A DNA stretch of 27,958 bases from a virus (IMGVR_UViG_3300020426_000020:1-27958), one strand, 5' to 3'. Numbered from the stretch's first letter, positions 7,336 to 15,330 are shown. Notes: a model not told the origin generated them from the letters alone. A program made the numbers and translations.

Positions 7336-8141
7336 GCGGCGCGGGGAAGCAGCGGCCGCAGCGCGGCCAGCGGCCGAGCCTGGAGTTTCGCCCGGTGGCC
7401 GACCTGATGGTCGATCCGGCCTATCAGCGGTCGATCGACACCGGGCCCAGCCAGGCGCTGATCAAGCGGATCGCGCGGGATTGGGACTGGGGGCTGTGCC
7501 AGCCCCTGAATGTCGCGCGGCGGACCAACGGCAGCCTGTTCGTCATCGACGGGCAGCATCGGTTGTCGGCGGCGGTGCTGCGCGGCGATATCTATGACCT
7601 GCCGTGCGTCATCCTGTCGGTTGGCGACCAGCGGGATGAAGCGGCAGCGTTCGTAGCGCTCAACCAGCAGCGGCTGAAGCTGAGCCGGATCGAGATATTC
7701 AAGGCGGCGCTGGCCGCCGGCAATGTCGAGGCACATGACATCAACGCCGCGCTGGACGCGGCGGGCCTGTCGGTGGCGGCGACGACCAATGTCGACAGCT
7801 GGAAGCCGATGCAGGTGGTCAACATCGCCGGTCTGGAAAAATGCGTGCGCACGCACGGCATCAAGGTGCTGCGCATGGCGTGCCTGGCCGGCGCGGTGGC
7901 GTTTCACGGGCAGGTGCTGCGCTATTTCGGCACGATCTTCCCCGGCATCGTCGCGGCGGTGGTCAAGCATGGCGTGGATGCGCCCGAGCTGATCACGCTG
8001 GTGCTGGGCGGGTGCGACCAGGCCGAATGGCGTGACGAAATCAACCGCGTCAAGGCGGACAATCCCAACATCAACATGCACGCGGCAGCCGAGATGGCGA
8101 TCGTCCGCGCGGTCGACGAAGCGCGGGAGGCGCAGTCATGA
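7332..8141 (+). CDS. ParB-N/DGQHR-motif protein (DUF6551-like)
   Basis: LMVDPAYQR, VIDGQHRL and EAAAFVALN motifs; ATGA overlap with the upstream gene. Confidence 0.8.
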   Translation: MSGAGKQRPQRGQRPSLEFRPVADLMVDPAYQRSIDTGPSQALIKRIARDWDWGLCQPLNVARRTNGSLFVIDGQHRLSAAVLRGDIYDLPCVILSVGDQRDEAAAFVALNQQRLKLSRIEIFKAALAAGNVEAHDINAALDAAGLSVAATTNVDSWKPMQVVNIAGLEKCVRTHGIKVLRMACLAGAVAFHGQVLRYFGTIFPGIVAAVVKHGVDAPELITLVLGGCDQAEWRDEINRVKADNPNINMHAAAEMAIVRAVDEAREAQS

Positions 8142-8638
8142 GCGCGGCAGCGGACAGGATCGAAGCGGCGATGCAGGACAGCCAGGCCCCGGCGAGCGGT
8201 TGGGACATGCCGGGGCTACGCCGGATGACCGGCCTGACGGTCGGGGCGTTCGCGGCCGGGGTCGCGGATCTGCGCGCGCGCGGGCGGATGCACGCGTTCG
8301 CGCTGGAGCTGGTGGAGGCGAAGGCGGTTACGGCCGAGCCGGAGCCGGCCCCGCCCAGCGTCGCTGTGCAGGTGGCGGAGGAAGCGCAGGCGTTGGTCGC
8401 GTGGCGGACCGTGGCGCGGACATGTGGGCAGGGCCAGTATCTGGCGCCGACGCCCGGTGCGCTGTTGCAGGAAAAGGCCCTCAACGATGCGCCGGCGCTG
8501 GCGGCCAGCGTCATGAAGGACCGATGGGGGCCGGTGTGGGAGCGGGTGTGCAGCCATGCCCGCGCCACCAACCAGCGGCCGATCGCGGCGATGATCAGCC
8601 TGCTCGACAGCGGATTGCAGCGGGAGTCGCACGCATGA
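8138..8638 (+). CDS. Phage hypothetical protein (166 aa)
   Basis: GGAGG RBS and ATGA overlaps at both ends. Confidence 0.7.
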   Translation: MSAAADRIEAAMQDSQAPASGWDMPGLRRMTGLTVGAFAAGVADLRARGRMHAFALELVEAKAVTAEPEPAPPSVAVQVAEEAQALVAWRTVARTCGQGQYLAPTPGALLQEKALNDAPALAASVMKDRWGPVWERVCSHARATNQRPIAAMISLLDSGLQRESHA

Positions 8639-9759
8639 TGAAGGTCAGCGTCAAGACGCTGCGCGAGGGGCTGAAGGCCGTAAAGTCGGTGGTCGAAGCG
8701 CGCAGCACCATCCCGATCCTGGCCAATGTCGTCATCCGATCGACGCCGGGGCGAGCGGTGCTGATCGCCACGGACCTGGACGTCATGGTCGAAAAGACGA
8801 TCGACCTGGAAGAGCCGGGCAGCAACAGAGCGATGGACTTCAGCGTCCAGGCGGCGACATTGCAGTCGATCGCGGCGAAGCTGCCGAGCGAGGGCGTGGC
8901 GACGATCGAGGCGGATGGCAATAGCGGCATCGCGATCAAGTGCGGCCGCGCGCGGTTCAAGCTGCCGACATTGCCGACCGACGATTTCCCGATGCTGGTC
9001 CGCGCCGATTGGGACGCGCAATGGGAACAGGATGGCGCGTCGCTGGTGGCGATGATTGAGGCGGTGCGCTTTGCGATATCGACCGAAGAGACGCGTTACT
9101 ATCTGAACGGCATTTACTGGCATGTGCCCGGCGATTCCGCCTGCCAGTTCGCGGCGGCGACAGACGGGCATCAGCTGGCGCGGTTCCATCATGACGTGCC
9201 CGATGGCGCGGAAGGCATGCCGGGCATCATCGTCAGTCGCAAGACGGTGAAGGTGCTGGCGGACCTGCTGGAGGAAGAGGGCGGGACAGTCGACGTCGCG
9301 GTGGCCGCGTCGCGGTGCCGGTTCGACCTGGGCAGCACGGTGCTGACGGCGAAGACGGTGGACGGCACTTTCCCCGATTATACGCGCGTGATTCCGGCGG
9401 CGAACCAGATCGACGCGTGGTTCGACCCTGCCATGCTGGCTGAAGCGGTGGACCGGGTGCTGGTGATCCAGGCGGAGAAGACGCGCGTCATCGCGATGGA
9501 TTTCACGCGCGACAAGGTGACGTTGCGCGTGACCTGCCCGGAAAAGGGCATGGCGAGCGAGGACGTCCCGATCGAGCTGACGGGCGCGGACATCACGATC
9601 GGCTTCAACGGCCGCTATCTGCTGGACGTGCTGGCGCGGCTGAAGGGCGGGGAGGGCACGCGGGCGCGGGTGTTGCTGGGCGATAGCGCCGCGCCGTCGC
9701 TGTGGCAGCAGAGCGACGAGGCGCGCGCGCTCTATGTCCTCATGCCGTTGAGGGTTTGA
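8635..9759 (+). CDS. dnaN: DNA polymerase III beta sliding clamp (phage-encoded)
   Basis: STIPILANV, ATDLD, RFKLPTLPTDDFP, FAISTEETRYYLNG, ATDGH, GTFPDYTRVIP, IGFNGRYLLD and YVLMPLRV motifs; 374 aa from the ATG at 8635. Confidence 0.95.
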   Translation: MMKVSVKTLREGLKAVKSVVEARSTIPILANVVIRSTPGRAVLIATDLDVMVEKTIDLEEPGSNRAMDFSVQAATLQSIAAKLPSEGVATIEADGNSGIAIKCGRARFKLPTLPTDDFPMLVRADWDAQWEQDGASLVAMIEAVRFAISTEETRYYLNGIYWHVPGDSACQFAAATDGHQLARFHHDVPDGAEGMPGIIVSRKTVKVLADLLEEEGGTVDVAVAASRCRFDLGSTVLTAKTVDGTFPDYTRVIPAANQIDAWFDPAMLAEAVDRVLVIQAEKTRVIAMDFTRDKVTLRVTCPEKGMASEDVPIELTGADITIGFNGRYLLDVLARLKGGEGTRARVLLGDSAAPSLWQQSDEARALYVLMPLRV

Positions 9760-9761
9760 CG

Positions 9762-10088
9762 ATGGGGTCGCGTGTCATTGTGTCGGCTGACGAGCCTATC
9801 CCTTACGGCGCGGAGGTGTTCGTGCGAGGGCGGCGGGCGACGTTGGCGCCCAAGGTGCTGGCCAACGCGCGCGCGATCGATCGGCCGCGATGGCTGGGTG
9901 AAGACGGCATCATCCCGCCCCGGTGCGGCTTCACCGTCGAAATGCTGGAGCGCGCGCCCGATCTGCAAGCCATGGCCGATGGGCCGATCATGGACCCGGT
10001 GCAGCGTTTCCTGCCGCTCGGGCGGATCAGCCTTGCCGAGTCGAAGGCGCGTGAGGCGGCGCTGTTTTTGGAGGTGGGCCATGGCTGA
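9762..10088 (+). CDS. Phage hypothetical protein (108 aa)
   Basis: ATG 2 nt after the dnaN stop, GAGG upstream, overlaps the next gene. Confidence 0.6.
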   Translation: MGSRVIVSADEPIPYGAEVFVRGRRATLAPKVLANARAIDRPRWLGEDGIIPPRCGFTVEMLERAPDLQAMADGPIMDPVQRFLPLGRISLAESKAREAALFLEVGHG

Positions 10089-10365
10089 CTTGTCACCCTA
10101 TCGTCCGTCAAACGGCACGGAAGGCGAAATCTTCATGTCCGCCTGGTGCGCGAAGTGCGTCCGCGATCGTCCCCGGCGGGGAGGCAACCCCTTCGACGGC
10201 TGCGAAATCATCACCCTGACGATGGCGTTCGACATAGATCATCCCTCTTATCCCGAAGCATGGGTGCAGGACGATGAAGGCACGCCATCCTGCCTGGAAT
10301 GCACGGCAGAAGATGAGGCTGATCAGCCTTTGGATCCGGCGGCGGTGGTGAGGCCGTTGCTATGA
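10081..10365 (+). CDS. Small Cys-containing phage protein (PSNGTEG, CxxC)
   Basis: Strong GGAGGT RBS. YRPSNGTEG.IFM..WCAKC.RD...C.I...P..W...P.C suggests metal binding. Confidence 0.75.
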   Translation: MADLSPYRPSNGTEGEIFMSAWCAKCVRDRPRRGGNPFDGCEIITLTMAFDIDHPSYPEAWVQDDEGTPSCLECTAEDEADQPLDPAAVVRPLL

Positions 10366-11030
10366 CTGGCCTGTTTCCAGAGCCACCGATCGCCGGGCCT
10401 GCGCCCAAGGGGCTGGGGCGCGCCATGGCGGGCGGCGGCGCGAAGGTCGAGCGGCGCGGCAATGATTATTATCCGACGCCGCCCAGTGCGACGCGCGCCT
10501 TCCTGGCGGCGGAGCGGGCGTGGCTGCTGGACGCGGTCGACGCGCCGGCGAGCGGGGCCGACCATCCGATATGGGAACCGTGCGGGCGGGGCGGAGCGAT
10601 CGCGGCCGAGCTGGAGGCGGCTGGGTTCGTGACGATCGCGACGGACCTGGTCGCGGACCCGGCGCATCGCGTGACGGAACAGAATCTGCTGACGTGCCGG
10701 CGGGCGCTGTCGCCGGTGGTGGTGACCAATCCGCCCTTTGCGCTGGCGGCCGAGATGATCCGGCACCTGCTGGGCGATCTGGCGTGCGGTTATGTCGCGC
10801 TGCTGCTCAAGTCGACCTATTGGCATGCGGAAAAGCGCACCGGCCTTTGGCGGTGGCGGCCGCCGGCGCGAATCTATGCGCTCAATTGGCGGCTCGACTG
10901 CCTGGGGCTGGGCAATCCAACGATGGAATTCATCTGGTGCGTGTGGGACGCTGCGAAGGACGGGCCATGCCGGTTCGACGTGCTGACGCCGTTCGCGACA
11001 CCGGACTTGCTGGGTGACGGCGGGCCGTAA
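10362..11030 (+). CDS. Orphan amino-(N6A/N4C) DNA methyltransferase
   Basis: DYYPTPP, SAM-binding-like WEPCGRGGAI, and catalytic TNPPF motifs. Confidence 0.8.
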   Translation: MTGLFPEPPIAGPAPKGLGRAMAGGGAKVERRGNDYYPTPPSATRAFLAAERAWLLDAVDAPASGADHPIWEPCGRGGAIAAELEAAGFVTIATDLVADPAHRVTEQNLLTCRRALSPVVVTNPPFALAAEMIRHLLGDLACGYVALLLKSTYWHAEKRTGLWRWRPPARIYALNWRLDCLGLGNPTMEFIWCVWDAAKDGPCRFDVLTPFATPDLLGDGGP

Positions 11031-11087
11031 GCCTGGCGCCTTCCACATAGCTGATCAATTTCTGCCTGATTTTCGGGGTGGGTTTTC

Positions 11088-14000
11088 GTGTCTCTATCGC
11101 CTGCATTTCTGGACGAAATCCGCGCCCGTACGTCGCTGTCCGCCCTGATCGGGCAGCGCGTGAGACTGGAGGAAAAGGGCAAGGAACATAAGGGCTGCTG
11201 CCCGTTCCATGCCGAGAATACGCCCAGCTTCACCGTCAATGACGACAAGGAATTCTATCATTGCTTCGGGTGCGGCGCGCATGGCGACGCGATGCGGTGG
11301 CTGACCGATCATGAGGGGCTGGACTTCATCGATGCGGTCAAACAGCTGGCGGCGGCCGCGGGGATGGAGATGCCGGCGCGGTCGGCCGAAGAAGCGGCGC
11401 GGGCGCGGCGGGTCGAGCATGTCGGCCAGGTGCTGGGCGAGGCGGCGGCGTGGTATGCGCAGCAGCTGGAGCCCGCGGGCATGGCGATGGAGGCACTGGC
11501 CGCGCGCGGCATCGATGCCGCCGCGATCGCGCGGTTCCAAATCGGTTTCGCGCCGATGCGCGGCGGGGTGGCAACGATCGGCATCGCGGTCGACCAGCTG
11601 ATCGCGGCGGGGCTGATCAGCGACGATGACGGCCGCCGGCGCGACAAGTTCCGGTACCGGTTGATGGTGCCGATTCATGATGTGCGCGGGCGCGTGATCG
11701 GCTTTGGCGGCCGTGCCTTCGGCGAAGCGCAGCCCAAATATCTGAACAGCGACCAGGCCGAGCATTTCGACAAGGGGCGGATACTGTTCAACCTGCACCG
11801 CGCGGCGCCGGCGGCGCGGGCGGCGCACCGGTTGCTGCTGGTCGAAGGCTATTTCGACGTCATCGCGCTGGACCAGGCCGGGATCGGCGAAGCGGTCGCG
11901 CCGATGGGCACGGCGATCACGGCCGAGCAGCTGGAGCGAGCATGGCGCGTCGAACATTGCCCGGTGCTGTTGATGGATGGCGACGCGGCGGGGCGCAAGG
12001 CGGCAACGCGGGCATGCGTGCGCGCGTTGCCGCTGGTTGGGCCGCACCGGCAGCTGAAGGTCGCGACCCTTCCGGACGAGTACGATCCGGACAGCCTGGT
12101 ACGGGAATGCGGGCGGGCGGCGATCGACGACGTGGTCGACGGCGCGATGAGCCTGTCCAGCCATCTCTGGTCGGCGGTGCTGGCCGCCGGGGACGGGGAG
12201 AGTCCGGAAGGGCGGGCGGCGATCTGGCAGCAGCTGAGCGACCTCGCTGGAGCGATCGGCCATGACGAAACGCGCGCGCAATATCTGGCCTATTGGCGCC
12301 GCCTGTATGACGACCGGTTCCCCCCGGCCCCCCGCTGGGTGGCGGAAGAGAAAAAGCTTCCGGTTGGAACCATGGAAGCGGCCTTTTGCGACCAGACGCC
12401 GAGGGTGCAGGAACGGCTGCGCGCGGTGGCGGCGCGGCGGCTGACGGGGATGATCGCCGCGGCCGAGGCGACGAAGGATGGCGTCACGCTATTCGCATGG
12501 GGCATGGGGCGGCGCGTGGCCGCCGGCCTGATCGACCAGGACATGGCGGCCGACGCGATCGACGCGGTGCGGGACGGCGTCGACGTCGGCCAGGAGGATA
12601 TCGACAAGAGTTTTGCCGCAGGCATGGCGCGTGGGTTCGACGTGGGACCGATGCTGGTGGACATGCGGTGCGCCGGGTTCCAGCGCACGGACCTGGGCAA
12701 TGCCGAGCGGTTCGAGGCGCGATACGGCCATAGTTTCCGCTTCACCACGGCCAAGGGCTGGCTGGGCTGGGACGGCAAGCGCTGGAAGGTGCTGGACCAG
12801 GACAAGGATACGGTGCCGGCGGAAGTGCAGGCGGCGGTGTTCGACACGGTGCGATCCATCCAGCGCGAAGCCGATTTCGTGGCGGCGACCGGGTTCGTCG
12901 AGCCGGAGGAGGCATTGCCCGAAGATGGCAAGCCGCCGTTGCTGCTGGTGCTGCAATGGCGGGCCTGGCGCGAGAGCGGGGAACGGGCATCGGCGATCGA
13001 CCGCATCGTCGACCTGAAGAGCGGGCCGGTGCTGCTGTCCGAACAGATCGCCAAATGGGGGCGGGCTTCGGAAGGATCGGGGCGGCTTGGGTGCATCGCG
13101 GGCCTGGCCAAGCGGTGGGTGACGGCGCCGATCGAGGATTTCGACCGCGATCCGCTGGCCATCAATGTGCTGAACGGCACGCTGCGCTTTCGCCGGGACA
13201 AGGCGGGCGGCGCGTCCGTGACGCTGGAGCCGCACCGGCGCGAGGATCTGAACACCAAGCTGGCGCCGGTCACTTATGATCCGGACGCGACATCGCCGGT
13301 CTATGACGGGTTTTTCGAATGGGCACAGCCCGATGCCGGCATGCGGCGATATCTGCACCAATGGGCCGGATATAGCGCCAGTGGCGACATATCCGAACAG
13401 AAGCTGCATTTCTGGTACGGGCTGGGCGCAAATGGTAAATCGACGACGATCGACCTGTGGGCCTATGCCCTGGGCGATTATAGCGGGACGATCGGCATCG
13501 AGACGTTCCTGGACCAGGGCATCAAGAAGCGCGGGGAACAGGCGTCGCCGGATCTGGCGCGGCTGGGCGGGGTGCGCATGCTGCGCGCGTCGGAGCCGGA
13601 GCGCGGCGCGAAGCTGAACGAAGCGCTGATCAAGGCGGCAACCGGTGGCGAGCCGATGGCGGTGCGCGCGCTGCATCGTGGTTTCTTCGACCTGATGCCT
13701 TTGTTCAAGCTGACGATCGGGGGCAATTACAAGCCCGACATTCCGGGGACCGACGAAGGCATATGGCGGCGCATGAAGCTGGTGCCGTGGAACGCGCATG
13801 TCGCCGATGGCGATCGCGACGAGCTGCTGCCCGCCAAGCTGCGCGAAGAGGCCGCCGGCGTGCTCAATCATATCGTACGCGGCCTGATCGACTGGCTGGA
13901 CCATGGGTTGATTGAGCCGGATGCGGTGCGGGAGGCGACCGCGCAATATCGCGAGGATAGCGACCCGCTGGCGCGATTCCTGAAGCTTTGCACAGAAATC

Positions 14001-14306
14001 GACCCGCAAGGGCGGATCCAGTCGTCGCGTCTGTATGAGGTGTTCGTCGCCTGGTGCAAGGCCGCCGGCGAGCGGGAATGGAGCCAGAAGGGCTTCAGCA
14101 AGGCGATGCTCGACAAGGGCTATCAGAAGAAGGCCAGCGACGGGATGCAGTGGCTGGGCATGCGCCTGGTCCGCGAGGTCGGCGACTTCATCGACGAACA
14201 TGGGAAGGTGCGGGCGGTGATCCCGATGCTGCCCGACGAAGGCGCGGCCGTGGTCGATGAGCGCCATCCGCCGCCGATCGAGGATGATTACGTGCCCGAC
14301 TTCTGA
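11088..14306 (+). CDS. DnaG-type primase fused to a P4/D5-family SF3 helicase
   Basis: CHC2 Zn finger (CPFH..TPSF..YHCFGCG), IGFGGR/PKYLNS, TOPRIM (VEGYFDVI, MDGDAAG, DPD), D5_N (TDLGNAERF), Walker A GLGANGKST, TGGEPM..R, GIWRR, and a C-terminal winged helix (LYEVFVAWC). Confidence 0.93.
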   Translation: MSLSPAFLDEIRARTSLSALIGQRVRLEEKGKEHKGCCPFHAENTPSFTVNDDKEFYHCFGCGAHGDAMRWLTDHEGLDFIDAVKQLAAAAGMEMPARSAEEAARARRVEHVGQVLGEAAAWYAQQLEPAGMAMEALAARGIDAAAIARFQIGFAPMRGGVATIGIAVDQLIAAGLISDDDGRRRDKFRYRLMVPIHDVRGRVIGFGGRAFGEAQPKYLNSDQAEHFDKGRILFNLHRAAPAARAAHRLLLVEGYFDVIALDQAGIGEAVAPMGTAITAEQLERAWRVEHCPVLLMDGDAAGRKAATRACVRALPLVGPHRQLKVATLPDEYDPDSLVRECGRAAIDDVVDGAMSLSSHLWSAVLAAGDGESPEGRAAIWQQLSDLAGAIGHDETRAQYLAYWRRLYDDRFPPAPRWVAEEKKLPVGTMEAAFCDQTPRVQERLRAVAARRLTGMIAAAEATKDGVTLFAWGMGRRVAAGLIDQDMAADAIDAVRDGVDVGQEDIDKSFAAGMARGFDVGPMLVDMRCAGFQRTDLGNAERFEARYGHSFRFTTAKGWLGWDGKRWKVLDQDKDTVPAEVQAAVFDTVRSIQREADFVAATGFVEPEEALPEDGKPPLLLVLQWRAWRESGERASAIDRIVDLKSGPVLLSEQIAKWGRASEGSGRLGCIAGLAKRWVTAPIEDFDRDPLAINVLNGTLRFRRDKAGGASVTLEPHRREDLNTKLAPVTYDPDATSPVYDGFFEWAQPDAGMRRYLHQWAGYSASGDISEQKLHFWYGLGANGKSTTIDLWAYALGDYSGTIGIETFLDQGIKKRGEQASPDLARLGGVRMLRASEPERGAKLNEALIKAATGGEPMAVRALHRGFFDLMPLFKLTIGGNYKPDIPGTDEGIWRRMKLVPWNAHVADGDRDELLPAKLREEAAGVLNHIVRGLIDWLDHGLIEPDAVREATAQYREDSDPLARFLKLCTEIDPQGRIQSSRLYEVFVAWCKAAGEREWSQKGFSKAMLDKGYQKKASDGMQWLGMRLVREVGDFIDEHGKVRAVIPMLPDEGAAVVDERHPPPIEDDYVPDF

Positions 14307-14330
14307 CGCGCGGCGGTGCGCGGCAGGATC

Positions 14331-14590
14331 GGATGCTTCCGGGTCGGAAGAGTGGCGGAAGCATCATTGGAAGGAAGAAAGCGCGGATTTCTGCGCCATT
14401 GGAAGGGTTGGAAAGGTTGGCGGCATGTTTCCATCACGCACAGGCGCGGGCGCGTGCGCATGCATGATGAAAATATACAGATATCCTTCCAATCCTTCCA
14501 AAGGTTCCAAAAGATAGAATTAGCTTAGCGTTTTCAGTGATTTATAATGTGGAAGGGTTGGCGATGACGGTTCCGGCGGCGGAAGGATCG
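14331..14590. repeat. Iteron-like TTGGAAGG/CCTTCCAA repeat cluster, candidate phage replication origin
   Basis: TTGGAAGG at 14367 and 14399, TTGGAAAGG at 14408, inverted CCTTCCAA at 14485 and 14494, GGTTCCAA at 14503, GTGGAAGG at 14549, GCGGAAGG at 14579; AT-rich tracts at 14466-14550. Confidence 0.7.
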
Positions 14591-15007
14591 ATATATTGGT
14601 CATTTGCGGACGTGGAAGCGCGTCTGGTCGAGGCGATGCAGTTCCAGTGGCGCACGGAGCGGGGCGCGTGGGCGTTCGCCAGTGACGGTCCGTGGCACCT
14701 GATCGTGCGCGACTGGTGGGACTGGGCAGCGCATGAGGACAGGCCGGTGCCCAGGATACCGCTGTCGCGCGAACAGATGGCGCGCATGGAAGAGGCGTCG
14801 GCCTGGCTCGGCCATGCGCCGGAGCGGGACCGCAAGCTGGTGGTGCTGGCGATCACGGCGCTGGCGGCGGGGCGCAAGTCGGTGCCATGGCGGGCTTTGC
14901 TCAAGCCCATGGGGCTGAAGCTGGGCGCGCATGGCCTGCGCAAGCGGTATGCCCGCGCGGTAACTTGTATTTGTGAGGCGCTGAACGGCGCAGAATTGCG
15001 CGCATAG
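14564..15007 (+). CDS. Putative late-gene regulator (DUF6362-like, in the lambda Q position)
   Basis: WSFADVEARLVEAM...M.RMEEA..WL...DRKLV...W pattern ending in a helical HTH-like region; last early gene before the packaging genes. Confidence 0.7.
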   Translation: MTVPAAEGSIYWSFADVEARLVEAMQFQWRTERGAWAFASDGPWHLIVRDWWDWAAHEDRPVPRIPLSREQMARMEEASAWLGHAPERDRKLVVLAITALAAGRKSVPWRALLKPMGLKLGAHGLRKRYARAVTCICEALNGAELRA

Positions 15008-15140
15008 ACACGGTGCAAGGGGTAGAATGTTGCGCGATGCAAATAATGTTTGTCCACCTTTTCGACTAAATCGGCTAGTTCGGAGATACGCTGGTGGCGG
15101 GCCTATGTTCGGGGCCGGCGTGACGACCTCTCCTAACCTT

Positions 15141-15185
15141 GCAGCGCCCCGCCTGGTCCTTTGCCATGGCGGGGCGCTGCCGTTT
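15141..15185 (+). terminator. Strong hairpin, tR'-like terminator or sRNA 3' end
   Basis: GCAGCGCCCCGCC ... GGCGGGGCGCTGC, a perfect 13-bp stem followed by CGTTT. Confidence 0.6.
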
Positions 15186-15205
15186 CAGGCGGCCGCTGCC
15201 CTTTC

Positions 15206-15310
15206 GGGTCCTCCCCGAGGGGGGGCCCTAGTGCGGTGGGGCGAGGGGCGCCATTTTACGGTTCAAGGGGTGTTTTGCATTTTGAACTCTGTGAACTGAA
15301 CCGGTTCACG
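15206..15310 (+). other. Lambda-like cos site (cosQ, cosN, candidate cosB)
   Basis: GGGTCCT (15206-15212) equals lambda cosQ. It is followed 23 nt later by GTGGGGCGAGGG, which shares the GGCGA core of the lambda cohesive end, and then by TGAAC/GTTCA repeats just before terS. Confidence 0.65.
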
Positions 15311-15330
15311 GGGCGGTTTGAGGGCTGACT

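Noticed and set aside
7332-8141. DndB/phosphorothioation system suggested by the DGQHR motif
   Set aside because: No dndA/C/D/E, PAPS-reductase or cysteine desulfurase genes are present in the window.
8032-8634. 200-aa N-terminal extension on DnaN in the ORF track
   Set aside because: It overlaps a better-supported coupled gene (8138-8638) and is Gly/Arg-rich off-frame sequence. Clamp similarity begins at 8635.
8635-12330. Host chromosomal dnaN/dnaG locus interrupting the prophage
   Set aside because: The genes lie within the phage early operon, dnaN is coupled to phage ORFs, dnaG is fused to a phage helicase, and dnaA/recF/rpoD neighbours are absent.
14316-14528. 70-aa ORF, or a CRISPR-like array, in the repeat region
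   Set aside because: The repeats are 8-9 bp, in both orientations and irregularly spaced, with no cas genes. The peptide only mirrors the repeats, so an origin fits better.
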